Assembly: GCA_965662845.1 (NCBI GenBank)
Contig: CBFIJD010000017.1
Coordinates: 14,297 to 28,620, forward strand
Direction of reading: 5' to 3'
Origin: an uncultured bacterium
GTDB taxonomy: Bacteria; SAR324; NAC60-12
Length of the DNA stretch: 14,324 nucleotides
The notes below the pieces were generated by a model. That model saw only the letters and a program-made list of their open reading frames with translations. It was not told the origin of the DNA and did no database searches. The number at the start of each line of letters is the position of its first letter. Position 1 is the first letter of the stretch. This document shows positions 1 to 8,665 of the stretch, in pieces. The position numbers and the translations under genes were made by a program.

Positions 1-678
1 CGTAGAGCGCACACGGAGCACTGTCGCGATCCACTGGTTGTCGACTTGCAGAAAGTATTTGGGAAACGTGCGGTAGACTTTGCGGAGAGTGCCCGCAGCG
101 AAGAAATTAACGGTGATGGGGACTTCGCGCGTTTCGTCGAAGAAGGCGATGATTTGGTCGTATGTGTCGTCGGTGGTCTGAATGCTGAGTTTCAGAAAGC
201 CGGGGGTGCTCTCCAGCGGGTCGCAGCGGTAAGTGTTGTCTGCGGCCCCGAGCAACTGGAAATCGGCCGTGTCAATGTTGGTTCCCTGCAAGCGGGTTGT
301 GGAGGCGTTCGGATAGCTGCGGCAATCTTCGTTGTAGGTCGCTCCGCACTGCGCACACCCGAACAAGCGGTCTCCGCGCTGAATCATACACTGCGGCGCC
401 TGAGGACCTGACAAGAAATACACGCGGCTTTTGCCATCTTGACGGAGCAGGTGTACGACTTCTTTCAGCGCCTCGCGTCGGTTTTTGGAGCGGCATTCGT
501 CCTCTTCACAGGGGCTGACCTCCAGCGTTGCGCTCATCTGGCGACGGAGCAGAGGGTTGCTGGCTTGGGCTTGCTCTAAAAAAGCGCGGGCTTGGGCGGG
601 TGACTGCAACTCATCGCACGTAATCGCCCAGCTCAAGGATGGGAGCAGCAACCAACAAACTAACAAGCGCAGCAGCAT
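1..678 (-). CDS. Secreted protein, probable outer-membrane lipoprotein-sorting (LolA-like) family; 3' end beyond window
   Basis: Manually translated open frame from ATG at 678 to the window edge (226 codons, no stop, so absent from the ORF track). It begins MLLRLLVCWLLLPSLSWA|ITCDELQ (Sec signal peptide). LQGTNIDTADF and YDQIIAFFDETREVPITVNFFAAGTLRKVY...QVDNQWIA resemble LolA-like sorting-protein motifs. The start overlaps the upstream gene's stop (TGATG). Confidence 0.7.
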   Translation of the reverse strand, partial: MLLRLLVCWLLLPSLSWAITCDELQSPAQARAFLEQAQASNPLLRRQMSATLEVSPCEEDECRSKNRREALKEVVHLLRQDGKSRVYFLSGPQAPQCMIQRGDRLFGCAQCGATYNEDCRSYPNASTTRLQGTNIDTADFQLLGAADNTYRCDPLESTPGFLKLSIQTTDDTYDQIIAFFDETREVPITVNFFAAGTLRKVYRTFPKYFLQVDNQWIATVLRVRST

Positions 679-1916
679 CAGGAACTCGCGGGGGCAGGTG
701 CGTTCGTTTCGGCAGACGAGCGGGCTTCTGCGGACGCGGGCTCTTCTTCATCCGGCTGAACGTCTCGGCTGCCCGTCACGTTCGGTCCTGGGTCCACGCG
801 CCACTGGCGATAGCCGAAGGTGACCGCGTGCGCGATTTGCTTCGCGTAGCGTTCGCGACCAAAACGCCGCGTGTTGCGACGCAGCTCGGCGGGATCAAAC
901 TCTGACCACTCCTTTTCCATTTTTTCTACCGCGTCGCAGAGGTCGTCCACGCTTGGTTTGTCAAAGAAGAGGCCGGTGGCGTCTGTTACGGTCTCCAAGG
1001 CTCCTCCGGCGGCGAAGGCGATCACAGGGGTGCCTGCGGCTTGCGCTTCGAGGGGCGTGATCCCAAAGTCATCGACTCCTGGAAACAGAAACGCCCGCGC
1101 TTGCTGATAGAGAGCTGGCAGCTGCTCGGAGGCGACATTGCCCAAAAACTCAATGTTCGGCTCTGCGATGGTGCGGCAATACTCGAAGTCTTGCCCTGTG
1201 CCGACAATCTTCAACGGCAGCTGCAAGCGATTGAAAGCTTCGATGGCCAAATCCGCGCGCTTGTTCGGCGCGAAGGCTCCCACCATCAAATAGTAAGCTT
1301 GCTTTTCAATCGGGCCTTGGGGCTCAAAGGCCGTGACATCAACCGGTGGATAGATGACTTGCGCTTCTCGTCCGTAATAATCGAGGATTTTCGTGCGGAT
1401 GTTGCGGCTGTTGCAGAGGTAGGTGTGTACGCGCTGGGAGCTCTTCTTGTCCCAATATTTCAAGTAGGGCCGCATCAACTCGGCGGCATAGCGCTGAAGT
1501 CGGGAGGTTTGGCGGCGCCGGAAGTACACATCGAAGGAGTCCCACACATAGCGCATGGGCGCGTGCACATAAGAGATGTGATAGGTGTTCTCGCCCCCTT
1601 GTACGCCTTTCGCGACGCAGTGGCTGGAACTGAGAATGACGTCGTAGTCGCTGAGATCAAACATCTCGGCAGCCGTTGGGAACAAAGGCAGATAGTAGCG
1701 ATAGCGGCTCACACCGCGCGGCATATACTGCAAGAAGGACGTGTAGATCGGCATCTCTTCGAGCTGAGAAGACAGGCTGCCTTCCTGATGCACGAGGGTG
1801 TACACATCGGCCTGCGGGAACAGCTCACAGAACACTTCAAGGCACTTCTCGCCGCCACGCATGCCCGTGAGCCAGTCGTGTACGATTGCGATTTTTCGTC
1901 CTTCCAGTAGCGACAT
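678..1916 (-). CDS. Glycosyltransferase family 4 (GT-B, retaining)
   Basis: KIAIVHDWLTGMRGGEKCLE N-terminus, ILSSSHCVAKG, HISYVHAPMRYVWD, VIYPPVD, PNKRADLAIEAF, and the donor-binding motif DDFGITPLEAQAAGTPVIA (E-x7-E with the first position as D). It ends in an acidic low-complexity tail of about 40 aa. Confidence 0.95.
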   Translation of the reverse strand: MSLLEGRKIAIVHDWLTGMRGGEKCLEVFCELFPQADVYTLVHQEGSLSSQLEEMPIYTSFLQYMPRGVSRYRYYLPLFPTAAEMFDLSDYDVILSSSHCVAKGVQGGENTYHISYVHAPMRYVWDSFDVYFRRRQTSRLQRYAAELMRPYLKYWDKKSSQRVHTYLCNSRNIRTKILDYYGREAQVIYPPVDVTAFEPQGPIEKQAYYLMVGAFAPNKRADLAIEAFNRLQLPLKIVGTGQDFEYCRTIAEPNIEFLGNVASEQLPALYQQARAFLFPGVDDFGITPLEAQAAGTPVIAFAAGGALETVTDATGLFFDKPSVDDLCDAVEKMEKEWSEFDPAELRRNTRRFGRERYAKQIAHAVTFGYRQWRVDPGPNVTGSRDVQPDEEEPASAEARSSAETNAPAPASS

Positions 1917-1960
1917 CGGATCTCTTTTTGTGTTAGCGGTATGTTACAAATTTCAGCAAA

Positions 1961-1980
1961 AGGCCGAAACTTATCGGCCT
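1961..1980. promoter_or_regulatory. Perfect 7-bp inverted repeat in the divergent intergenic region (possible operator or hairpin)
   Basis: AGGCCGA-aactta-TCGGCCT lies between the divergent GT4 (start 1916) and folB (start 2020) genes. On the minus strand it contains GCCGATAA and is followed by a short T run. Confidence 0.35.
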
Positions 1981-2019
1981 CCCTGCAAATCTGCAACCGA
2001 AAATGCGGAGCGCCGCCTG

Positions 2020-2413
2020 ATGAAAAGTCACGACAAAATCTTTTGGATTCGCCTGCGCAACCTGCGCTTTCACGCTTATCATGGCGTCTTGCCCGAAGAA
2101 GCGACGCTAGGACAGCGCTTTGCTGTGGATGTGGAGTGTGCCTTTCGACCTCCCGTGGCGGCGTGGACGGAACTTGACGCGGACGGTCTCGTACGCCGCA
2201 ATTTGTGAGCACGTGCTGGAGCTGTGCGAGCAGCGACGGTTTCAGCTCTTGGAATCGTTAGCGGAGGCCATCGTGGAGCGGCTACGTGTGCATTTTCCTA
2301 TGTTGGAGTGCATCGTCGTGCGCGTGCGGAAACCGTCCGTCCCCATTCCAGCACAGCTCGACGACGCCGAAGTAGAGCTCACATGGAGCGCCCCAGAGTG
2401 GCGACTTCCGTAA
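2020..2413 (+). pseudogene. folB: Dihydroneopterin aldolase, split by a net +1 frameshift (pseudogene, sequencing indel or recoding)
   Basis: GGAG at 2007-2010 precedes ATG 2020. Frame A gives MKSHDKIFWIRLRNLRFHAYHGVLPEEATLGQRFAVDVE and stops at TGA 2206-2208. Frame B gives TVSYAAICEHV...RFQLLESLAEAIVE...VRVRKPSVPI...AEVE and ends at 2413. The two halves are the N- and C-terminal parts of FolB, with the switch between about 2143 and 2183. Confidence 0.9.
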
Positions 2414-2570
2414 ATCTATCGTCGCGGCCCTGCAGCGTAGTGCGCAGCCTCAGTTTGGCGATTTGCGCTGCGCAGTGTCTCTGGCCTCGCAAAAGTCTTT
2501 CACAAGATTTCATCATCAAGTACTTTCCAACCACACCGCAATCTATATCGCCCCCTGCATTCATCGCCTC

Positions 2571-4826
2571 ATGACTCTTCGCACGAAGCTCAATCTGCTC
2601 ATCGCGGCGACTGCCCTCCTCGTTGGGATAGTCGCGGCCGCGATCATTCATCCCTTAGAAGACCAACGACGCAAGCACACGATTGAACAGATTCGCTACA
2701 CCATGATCGCCATCGTCGACTATCACGCTGATGAAATTGCGGCCAATCTTCGTCATCAACAGGGCCATGGCATGAGCTATGTTGTGGAGGACATGCTCAC
2801 GTTTGGCGGGCTGCTCTCAGTGAATGTGTACGATGCGTCTGGTGAGTACGTGTACAGCCCGGACGGAACCGGCGGTGAGTTGTCCGAGCAAGAGCGGGCC
2901 TCGGTGGCGCAGGGAGGCACGTTTGAAGAGGGGCAGTGGTATGGACTGCCGGTGTTGCGCTATCTAGTCCCCATACAGTCAGAAACGCAAACGGAGGGAT
3001 ACTTGACGCTGTATTACACGCTGGAGGACGTCGCGAACGACTTCTATGCCGTTCTTACAGCGGTGGCGCTGTTGCTGGTTGCCGTGAGCGCCGTACTCTT
3101 TTTGATACTGAACCTACTGCTGTCTCGCATTGTACTGCAGCCGATTCAACTGCTGCGTAGGGGTATCCAGAGTATGAAAGAGGGCCACGTCGGGGAAACC
3201 ATTCAGATGAGGCGGGAGGATGAGTTCGGCGACTTGGCCCACGCCTTCAACAGCATGACTAAAGAAATCGCAGCGCTCCAGCACAACCTGGAGGACAAGG
3301 TCGCACAGCGCACGGCCTCGTTGCAGAGAGCCTTAGAGACCACGATGGAGCAAGAGCTGGAGATTAGTCATTTGAACCAAGTCTCGCACATTGTGAACTC
3401 GACGCTGGATCTCAACGAGATCATGAAGACCGTCAAGGAGGTGCTCCACAAACGCATCAAGTTCGACCTCCTCCTTGTGCAGGTGTTTAGCCAGCATCAA
3501 GATCTGTTGGAGCATCTCTATAGCAGCGGGGAGAGCATCGTAGATGAGAGGGCGCAGGCGAGTTTAGAGAACGTCTTCCTGCCGGTGCGTGCCGAAGGCG
3601 TGTTTGCCGAGGTGGTGCGCAGCCAAAAGCCACGTTCGCTGCCCGATGTGGCGTCACTAGGCGCCGAAGTCTTGAGTCCGCTAGAGCAGAGCCTGGTGCA
3701 AACGCTGAAAACGCGCTCCTTGTTGCTGTATCCATTGATCGTGCAACACCGCTGCTTTGGCGTGATGACCTTTGGGCAGACCAGCGCCTCCTTTCCGTCA
3801 TCGGAAAGAGCGATCAGCGTCGTCGAGCAGTATGTGTTGCAAGTCTCCACCGCGATTCACAACGCGCTGCTCTATCAAAATTTGCGCACAACCCAAATTC
3901 AGCTCGAAGAATCAGAGCGCATTGCACGCCTCACGCGCACCTTCGAGAAATTTGTGCCGCGCCAGCTGTTGAGCCGACTCTCCAAAACAGGGCTAGAGAA
4001 CATTGAGTTTGGCCACGCAGATCGAGACTTCATTACCGTGCTGTTCTCCGACATTCGCTCGTTCACGACCATCTCAGAACAAATGGATCCCCAAGAGCTG
4101 ATGAACTTCTTGAACGCCTTCTTGCAGCACATGAGTGAGCCGATCCACGCAAACTATGGCTGCATCGACAAGTTCGTCGGAGATGCCGTCATGGCGCTGT
4201 TCGATGTTCCAGAAGACTCCGACGAGTTCGAAGCCGAGTGCGCGGTACGCTCGGCGATCGGGATGCAACAAGCGCTCGCCGCGTTCAACGCGCAGCGTCG
4301 CCAACAACAGCTGACCGAGATTGAAGCGGGGATCGGGATCCACAGCGGACACGCCATTATTGGAACGGTCGGCTCAGAGAGCCGCATGGACTCAACCGTG
4401 ATTGGCGACACTGTCAACCTCGCTTCTCGCGTCGAGAGCCTGACCAAAATGTATGGAGTCCCCATCCTCATGACCGGCAGCACGCTGCGCTTATTGAACA
4501 ATGTGCGAGACTACAAAATCCGCGAGATTGACTGGGTGCAAGTCAAAGGCAAACGCCAGCCGGTAGAGCTTTACGAACTCTACGACATGGAGCCGCCTGA
4601 CGTACAAGCCTTGAAGCAGCGCTCCGGAGTCCGCATCCTGCGTGGCCTATCTCATCGGCGCAAGAAGGAATGGGACGCCGCGCAGAAATACTTTGCACGC
4701 GCCCGAGACGTCTATCCAGAAGACCCGGTGCCCGTATATCACCTGCAGCAGCTAGAGCGCGTGCGTGTGTCTGAATACGCCAAGTCGGCGAGCTGGAACG
4801 GCGCGGTTTTGTTTCAAAATAAGTAA
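2571..4826 (+). CDS. Membrane-bound class III adenylate/guanylate cyclase (TM-periplasmic sensor-TM-HAMP-GAF-cyclase-TPR-like tail)
   Basis: The likely start is ATG 2571 (MTLRTKLNLL) rather than the track's 2463. It has two hydrophobic helices, a HAMP (PIQLLRRGIQSM...RREDEFGDLAHAFNSM), a signalling helix (LEDKVAQRTASL) and a GAF (NSTLDLNEIM...RSLLLYPL...AIHNALLY). Cyclase motifs are VLFSDIRSFTTISE, DKFVGDAVMA, GIGIHSG and TVIGDTVNLASRVESLTK. Confidence 0.95.
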   Translation: MTLRTKLNLLIAATALLVGIVAAAIIHPLEDQRRKHTIEQIRYTMIAIVDYHADEIAANLRHQQGHGMSYVVEDMLTFGGLLSVNVYDASGEYVYSPDGTGGELSEQERASVAQGGTFEEGQWYGLPVLRYLVPIQSETQTEGYLTLYYTLEDVANDFYAVLTAVALLLVAVSAVLFLILNLLLSRIVLQPIQLLRRGIQSMKEGHVGETIQMRREDEFGDLAHAFNSMTKEIAALQHNLEDKVAQRTASLQRALETTMEQELEISHLNQVSHIVNSTLDLNEIMKTVKEVLHKRIKFDLLLVQVFSQHQDLLEHLYSSGESIVDERAQASLENVFLPVRAEGVFAEVVRSQKPRSLPDVASLGAEVLSPLEQSLVQTLKTRSLLLYPLIVQHRCFGVMTFGQTSASFPSSERAISVVEQYVLQVSTAIHNALLYQNLRTTQIQLEESERIARLTRTFEKFVPRQLLSRLSKTGLENIEFGHADRDFITVLFSDIRSFTTISEQMDPQELMNFLNAFLQHMSEPIHANYGCIDKFVGDAVMALFDVPEDSDEFEAECAVRSAIGMQQALAAFNAQRRQQQLTEIEAGIGIHSGHAIIGTVGSESRMDSTVIGDTVNLASRVESLTKMYGVPILMTGSTLRLLNNVRDYKIREIDWVQVKGKRQPVELYELYDMEPPDVQALKQRSGVRILRGLSHRRKKEWDAAQKYFARARDVYPEDPVPVYHLQQLERVRVSEYAKSASWNGAVLFQNK

Positions 4827-4928
4827 ACGATACGAGTCGCGGTTTTCCTTTTGCTATTTCCCGTCATGCGTGGCAACACATGCGCCGTCATATATTCTTT
4901 CTCTGCTCTCTTTCTTCAGTGAGTCGCC

Positions 4929-6257
4929 ATGATTGCAGGAATTTCTTTGGGATCGGCACGTCGGCAAGCGCAGCTGTTGTTGCAAGGGCGCTATGCCTTG
5001 GTCCCCCGAGGGTTGATGGGGTTGTCACGGCTGTTGCACCAGCTCGCGGTGCGACTGCTGGAACAAACAGAGCGACAACTGGTTGGGAATGTTGACCTCT
5101 CAATTCACACCAACACAACGGTGCTGGCCGCGACAGATATGGTACAGCACCTTACGCATATCCACCGCGCGATCAGTGGCATCGCCGCCGCTGTAGAAGA
5201 GCTGCAAGCCTCCACCCACCAAATCTCACAAAACAGCCTCCAGTCCATGCGCGAAGCCGTACGCGTGCAGAGCATTTTAGAAAATCTCTCGCACGATAGT
5301 GGCCCCTTGATGGAAGCGATCACAAAGATTGAGGGTGCGTTTACAGAAGCCAACTCTCATCTCAAGACCTTAGGAGAAGCCTCGGCGAGCATTGGGGAGA
5401 TGATGGACAACATCCGTGATGTGGCCGCCGCGACCAAGATGTTGGCTGTCAACGCCTCGATTGAAGCCGCACGCGCAGGCGAAGCCGGCAAAGGGTTCGC
5501 CGTCGTTGCCAACGAAGTACAAAAGCTCGCGACACAAGTTGACGACGCAGCCAATGATGCCGACGAACGCGTGAAGCTGCTCGTGGAGGAAACCGACAAA
5601 ATTGTACGATCTATCGATGCTGTCGCCACAATTGTGCAGGCCGAGAACCAAACAGTGCTGAAGACCATTGAAGACATGACCTCGGTCAAGCAAGGCATCC
5701 AGATTGTGTCGAGCGCCATACAGGACATCACCGAGGTGCTGCGCCAACAAGAAGAGAGCACCGAGCTGATCACGAACAACGTGACAGACACCGTGAGCCG
5801 CTCCGAAGTCTCTGTGCAGCTCAACCATCAGGTGCTGGATGTGATGGACCAAAATGTGACGCTCATCAGCGAGTTGATCGAGGACATCGGCCACTATGAG
5901 TTCCCCACCCGAGACCTCTTGCGCGCGAAGGTAGACCACATGATCTGGCGCAAAAAGCTGGCTGACATGCTGGTGGGGCGAGCTTCGCTGCCATCTTCAG
6001 AGTTGAAAGACCATCACTCCTGTCGTCTTGGTAAGTGGTACCACGGCGTACAAGCCCCACAGATTCGTCAGCACTCGGCCTTTGTGGCGATCGAACAGCC
6101 CCATCGAATGGTGCATGAATTTGGAATTGCCGCCGCCAAAGCCTATGAACAGCGAGAGTTTGAGCGTGCGCAGCAGCTCGTGAGAGACATCGAGCAGCCG
6201 TCTATTGAAGTCCAGCGTCTGCTGGATGAGTTGATTGTGTATGTGCGAGGAACCTAA
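4929..6257 (+). CDS. Soluble methyl-accepting chemotaxis protein with C-terminal CZB (chemoreceptor zinc-binding) domain
   Basis: MCP hairpin tip [33 protein letters not shown] and no TM segment. The CZB 3His/1Cys motifs are [16 protein letters not shown] and EQPHRMVH. Confidence 0.93.
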   Translation: MIAGISLGSARRQAQLLLQGRYALVPRGLMGLSRLLHQLAVRLLEQTERQLVGNVDLSIHTNTTVLAATDMVQHLTHIHRAISGIAAAVEELQASTHQISQNSLQSMREAVRVQSILENLSHDSGPLMEAITKIEGAFTEANSHLKTLGEASASIGEMMDNIRDVAAATKMLAVNASIEAARAGEAGKGFAVVANEVQKLATQVDDAANDADERVKLLVEETDKIVRSIDAVATIVQAENQTVLKTIEDMTSVKQGIQIVSSAIQDITEVLRQQEESTELITNNVTDTVSRSEVSVQLNHQVLDVMDQNVTLISELIEDIGHYEFPTRDLLRAKVDHMIWRKKLADMLVGRASLPSSELKDHHSCRLGKWYHGVQAPQIRQHSAFVAIEQPHRMVHEFGIAAAKAYEQREFERAQQLVRDIEQPSIEVQRLLDELIVYVRGT

Positions 6258-6601
6258 TGCCTGCAGAACCCGTATTCCACATTGCCCGCCGCGCCGAGTG
6301 GGAAGCCCAAGCCCCAGCAGACTACGCGCCCGCAGCCTTTGCCACAGAAGGCTTCATCCACTTGTCGTTTCGCTCGCAGGTGCTGCGCTCGGCGAACAAA
6401 CACTTTGCTCATGAGCGTGACTTGCTGCTCTTAGAGTTAGACCCCACTCAATTTCCCCAGCCATTTGTCGCGGAAAACACCAGCGGCGGCACAGACGTAT
6501 ACCCGCATCTTTATTGTCACTTGCCCCGCGTGGCCGTGCTGCGTCAATGGGCATTGTCAAGCAATGCGGACGGTTCCTTTGCATTGCCTGCCGATTTCTG
6601 A
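6257..6601 (+). CDS. DUF952 family protein
   Basis: VFHIARRAEW, EGFIHLS...QV, ANKHF, DLLLLELDP and YPHLY are the DUF952 signature. The start overlaps the MCP stop (TAATG). Confidence 0.9.
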   Translation: MPAEPVFHIARRAEWEAQAPADYAPAAFATEGFIHLSFRSQVLRSANKHFAHERDLLLLELDPTQFPQPFVAENTSGGTDVYPHLYCHLPRVAVLRQWALSSNADGSFALPADF

Positions 6602-6652
6602 TCTGCTGTCTTCACGCTTGAACGTGATTGTCAACTCGCTCCTCGACTGCGC

Positions 6653-8653
6653 ATGTCGCTGATCTCCCTCGCCACCGCGGCTCTCAATCAAACCCCTCTG
6701 GACTGGTCTGGCAACAGACAGCGGATCGTGGACGCGATCCGCACAGCCCGTGAAGCCGAAGCCCAGCTGCTGCTCTTACCAGAGCTGTGTGTCTCGGGTT
6801 ACGGGTGTGAAGATATGTTTCACGCGGAGGGGCTGTATGACCTCGCGTGGCAGCAAGTGCAAAGCATTCTGCCGCACACACAGGGAATCGTCGTTGCGCT
6901 CGGTGTCCCTGTGCTCCACGCAAACCACACCTATAACGCGGTGGCGCTGCTGGTTGACGAGCGATTGGCCGGTTTGGTCTGGAAGCAGTTCTTACCGAAC
7001 CAGAACTTGTTTTATGAGCAGCGCTGGTTCCGCGCCGGGGCCGCCGGACAGCAGGAGCGCTTTCGCTGGCACAACTTGGAGTGTCCCTTGGGAGACCTCT
7101 TCTTTGACGTCGGTGGCGTGCGCGTCGGTTTTGAAATTTGCGAAGACGCGTGGGTCCCCAACCGGCCCGGTAATCGACTCGCCGCCCAGAACGTCGACCT
7201 CCTCCTCAATCCCAGCGCGAGCCCCTTCAGCTTCGGGAAATTGGCGACACGTCGACAACTGGTGGCCGACATGGCGCGGACAACAGCGACCACCTATGCT
7301 TACGCGAATTTGTTGGGCAACGAAGCCGGAAGGATCATTTATGAAGGCTGCACCCTGATCGCGCACGGTAGCTCTGGCGTGGTGGCCGCAGGGCCGATCT
7401 TTTCTTTTGCCGAGTCGCAGGTGACGACCGCGACGGTCGATCTCGCTCCGAATCGTTTGCACCGTCGTCAGCAACAGAACGTGTTCCAGCATCCGCACAG
7501 CGCCGCTCACTGCATTTTCTGCCCTTTTTCGTGGCAATCTTTACCCAGCGCTCCCACAACGCCTCCGCTTCCTAGCGAGCCTCCAGCGGACAAACGTGTC
7601 GAGTTTACCCAGGCGGTGACCCTAGGCTTGTGGGATTATTTGCGCAAAAGTTGCAGTCGCGGCTTCGTGATTTCCGCAAGCGGTGGCGCTGACTCATCAG
7701 CGCTCATTGTGCTCGTTTGGTTGATGCTCCAGCGTGCCCACCAAGAACTCGGCGCCGCAACCGCGCGAGAGCGACTCGGGGCGGCGTGGCCAGAAGATTT
7801 GCCAACAGAGACTGGGATTGCGGAGTTAATGTCACATTTATTGCTAACTCTCTATCAGGCCAGCGAACATTCGTCAGAGACTACGCGGCGGGCCGCCCGC
7901 AACGTCGCCGAGAGTGTGGGAGCAACGCACTGGGAGTTTGACATCCAGCCGTTACTGAAAACGCACAAACATTGGGTCGAACAACAGCTCGCGCGTCCCT
8001 TAGATTGGCAGCGCGACGACATCCCGCTCCAGAACATTCAAGCCCGCGTGCGAGCACCTGGGGCGTGGTTTTTGACAAATCTTCGTGGAGCCCTGTTGTT
8101 GTCGACAAGCAACCGCAGTGAAGCGGCCGTCGGCTACACAACGATGGACGGGGACACCGCTGGAAGCCTGAGTCCCCTTGGAGGCATCGACAAAGCCTTC
8201 TTGCGCCAGTGGCTGCGCTGGTTGGAAGAGACCGGCATCGACCCCGTGGGTCCCCTGCCGTTTCTCCGTGGCGTGAACGAACAGCAACCCACGGCAGAGC
8301 TGCGCCCCGCCGGCGCAGAGCAACGCGATGAAGAAGACTTGATGCCTTATGCTGTGCTGGATGCCATCGAGCGGGCGGCTATTCGAGATCGGCGCTTGCC
8401 GTTGGAAATTTGGCAACGACTGCAACCGCAATTTCCAGCCTTAGAACCTGCACAACTGGCCCGCCACATCGAGCGCTTTTTTCGCTTATGGTGCCGCAAT
8501 CAATGGAAAAGAGAGCGTCTGGCACCGTCCTTTCATTTAGACGAAGAGAATTTAGATCCCAAAACTTGGTGCCGCTTCCCGATTCTTTCGGGAAACTTTG
8601 AAACGGAGCTGGAACAGCTCCGGATCGCTGTACAACAAACTAACGCTCTGTAG
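6653..8653 (+). CDS. nadE: Glutamine-dependent NAD(+) synthetase
   Basis: N-terminal nitrilase-like glutaminase domain with the E-K-C triad (PELCVSGYGCED, KQFLPN, EICEDAW). C-terminal synthetase domain with SGGADSS, QNIQARVR, TSNRSE, GYTTMDGD, PTAELRP and NQWKR. Confidence 0.97.
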   Translation: MSLISLATAALNQTPLDWSGNRQRIVDAIRTAREAEAQLLLLPELCVSGYGCEDMFHAEGLYDLAWQQVQSILPHTQGIVVALGVPVLHANHTYNAVALLVDERLAGLVWKQFLPNQNLFYEQRWFRAGAAGQQERFRWHNLECPLGDLFFDVGGVRVGFEICEDAWVPNRPGNRLAAQNVDLLLNPSASPFSFGKLATRRQLVADMARTTATTYAYANLLGNEAGRIIYEGCTLIAHGSSGVVAAGPIFSFAESQVTTATVDLAPNRLHRRQQQNVFQHPHSAAHCIFCPFSWQSLPSAPTTPPLPSEPPADKRVEFTQAVTLGLWDYLRKSCSRGFVISASGGADSSALIVLVWLMLQRAHQELGAATARERLGAAWPEDLPTETGIAELMSHLLLTLYQASEHSSETTRRAARNVAESVGATHWEFDIQPLLKTHKHWVEQQLARPLDWQRDDIPLQNIQARVRAPGAWFLTNLRGALLLSTSNRSEAAVGYTTMDGDTAGSLSPLGGIDKAFLRQWLRWLEETGIDPVGPLPFLRGVNEQQPTAELRPAGAEQRDEEDLMPYAVLDAIERAAIRDRRLPLEIWQRLQPQFPALEPAQLARHIERFFRLWCRNQWKRERLAPSFHLDEENLDPKTWCRFPILSGNFETELEQLRIAVQQTNAL

Positions 8654-8665
8654 GAGACTGACTTC

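Noticed and set aside
46..411. 121-aa plus-strand ORF and the other short ORFs in 1-900
   Set aside because: They are antisense or off-frame to the signal-peptide-bearing minus-strand gene starting at 678 and to the GT4 gene.
1041..1910. 289-aa plus-strand ORF
   Set aside because: It is antisense to the well-supported GT4 gene and has no recognisable motifs.
2463..2570. N-terminal extension of the cyclase given in the ORF track
   Set aside because: It uses a TTG start and has no protein-like features. ATG 2571 directly precedes the typical basic-then-TM start.
4871..4885. Possible sigma-54 promoter (TGGCA-...-GC, GG-N10-GC spacing) upstream of the MCP
   Set aside because: The -12 element is GCGC rather than TTGC, so the match is too weak to support.
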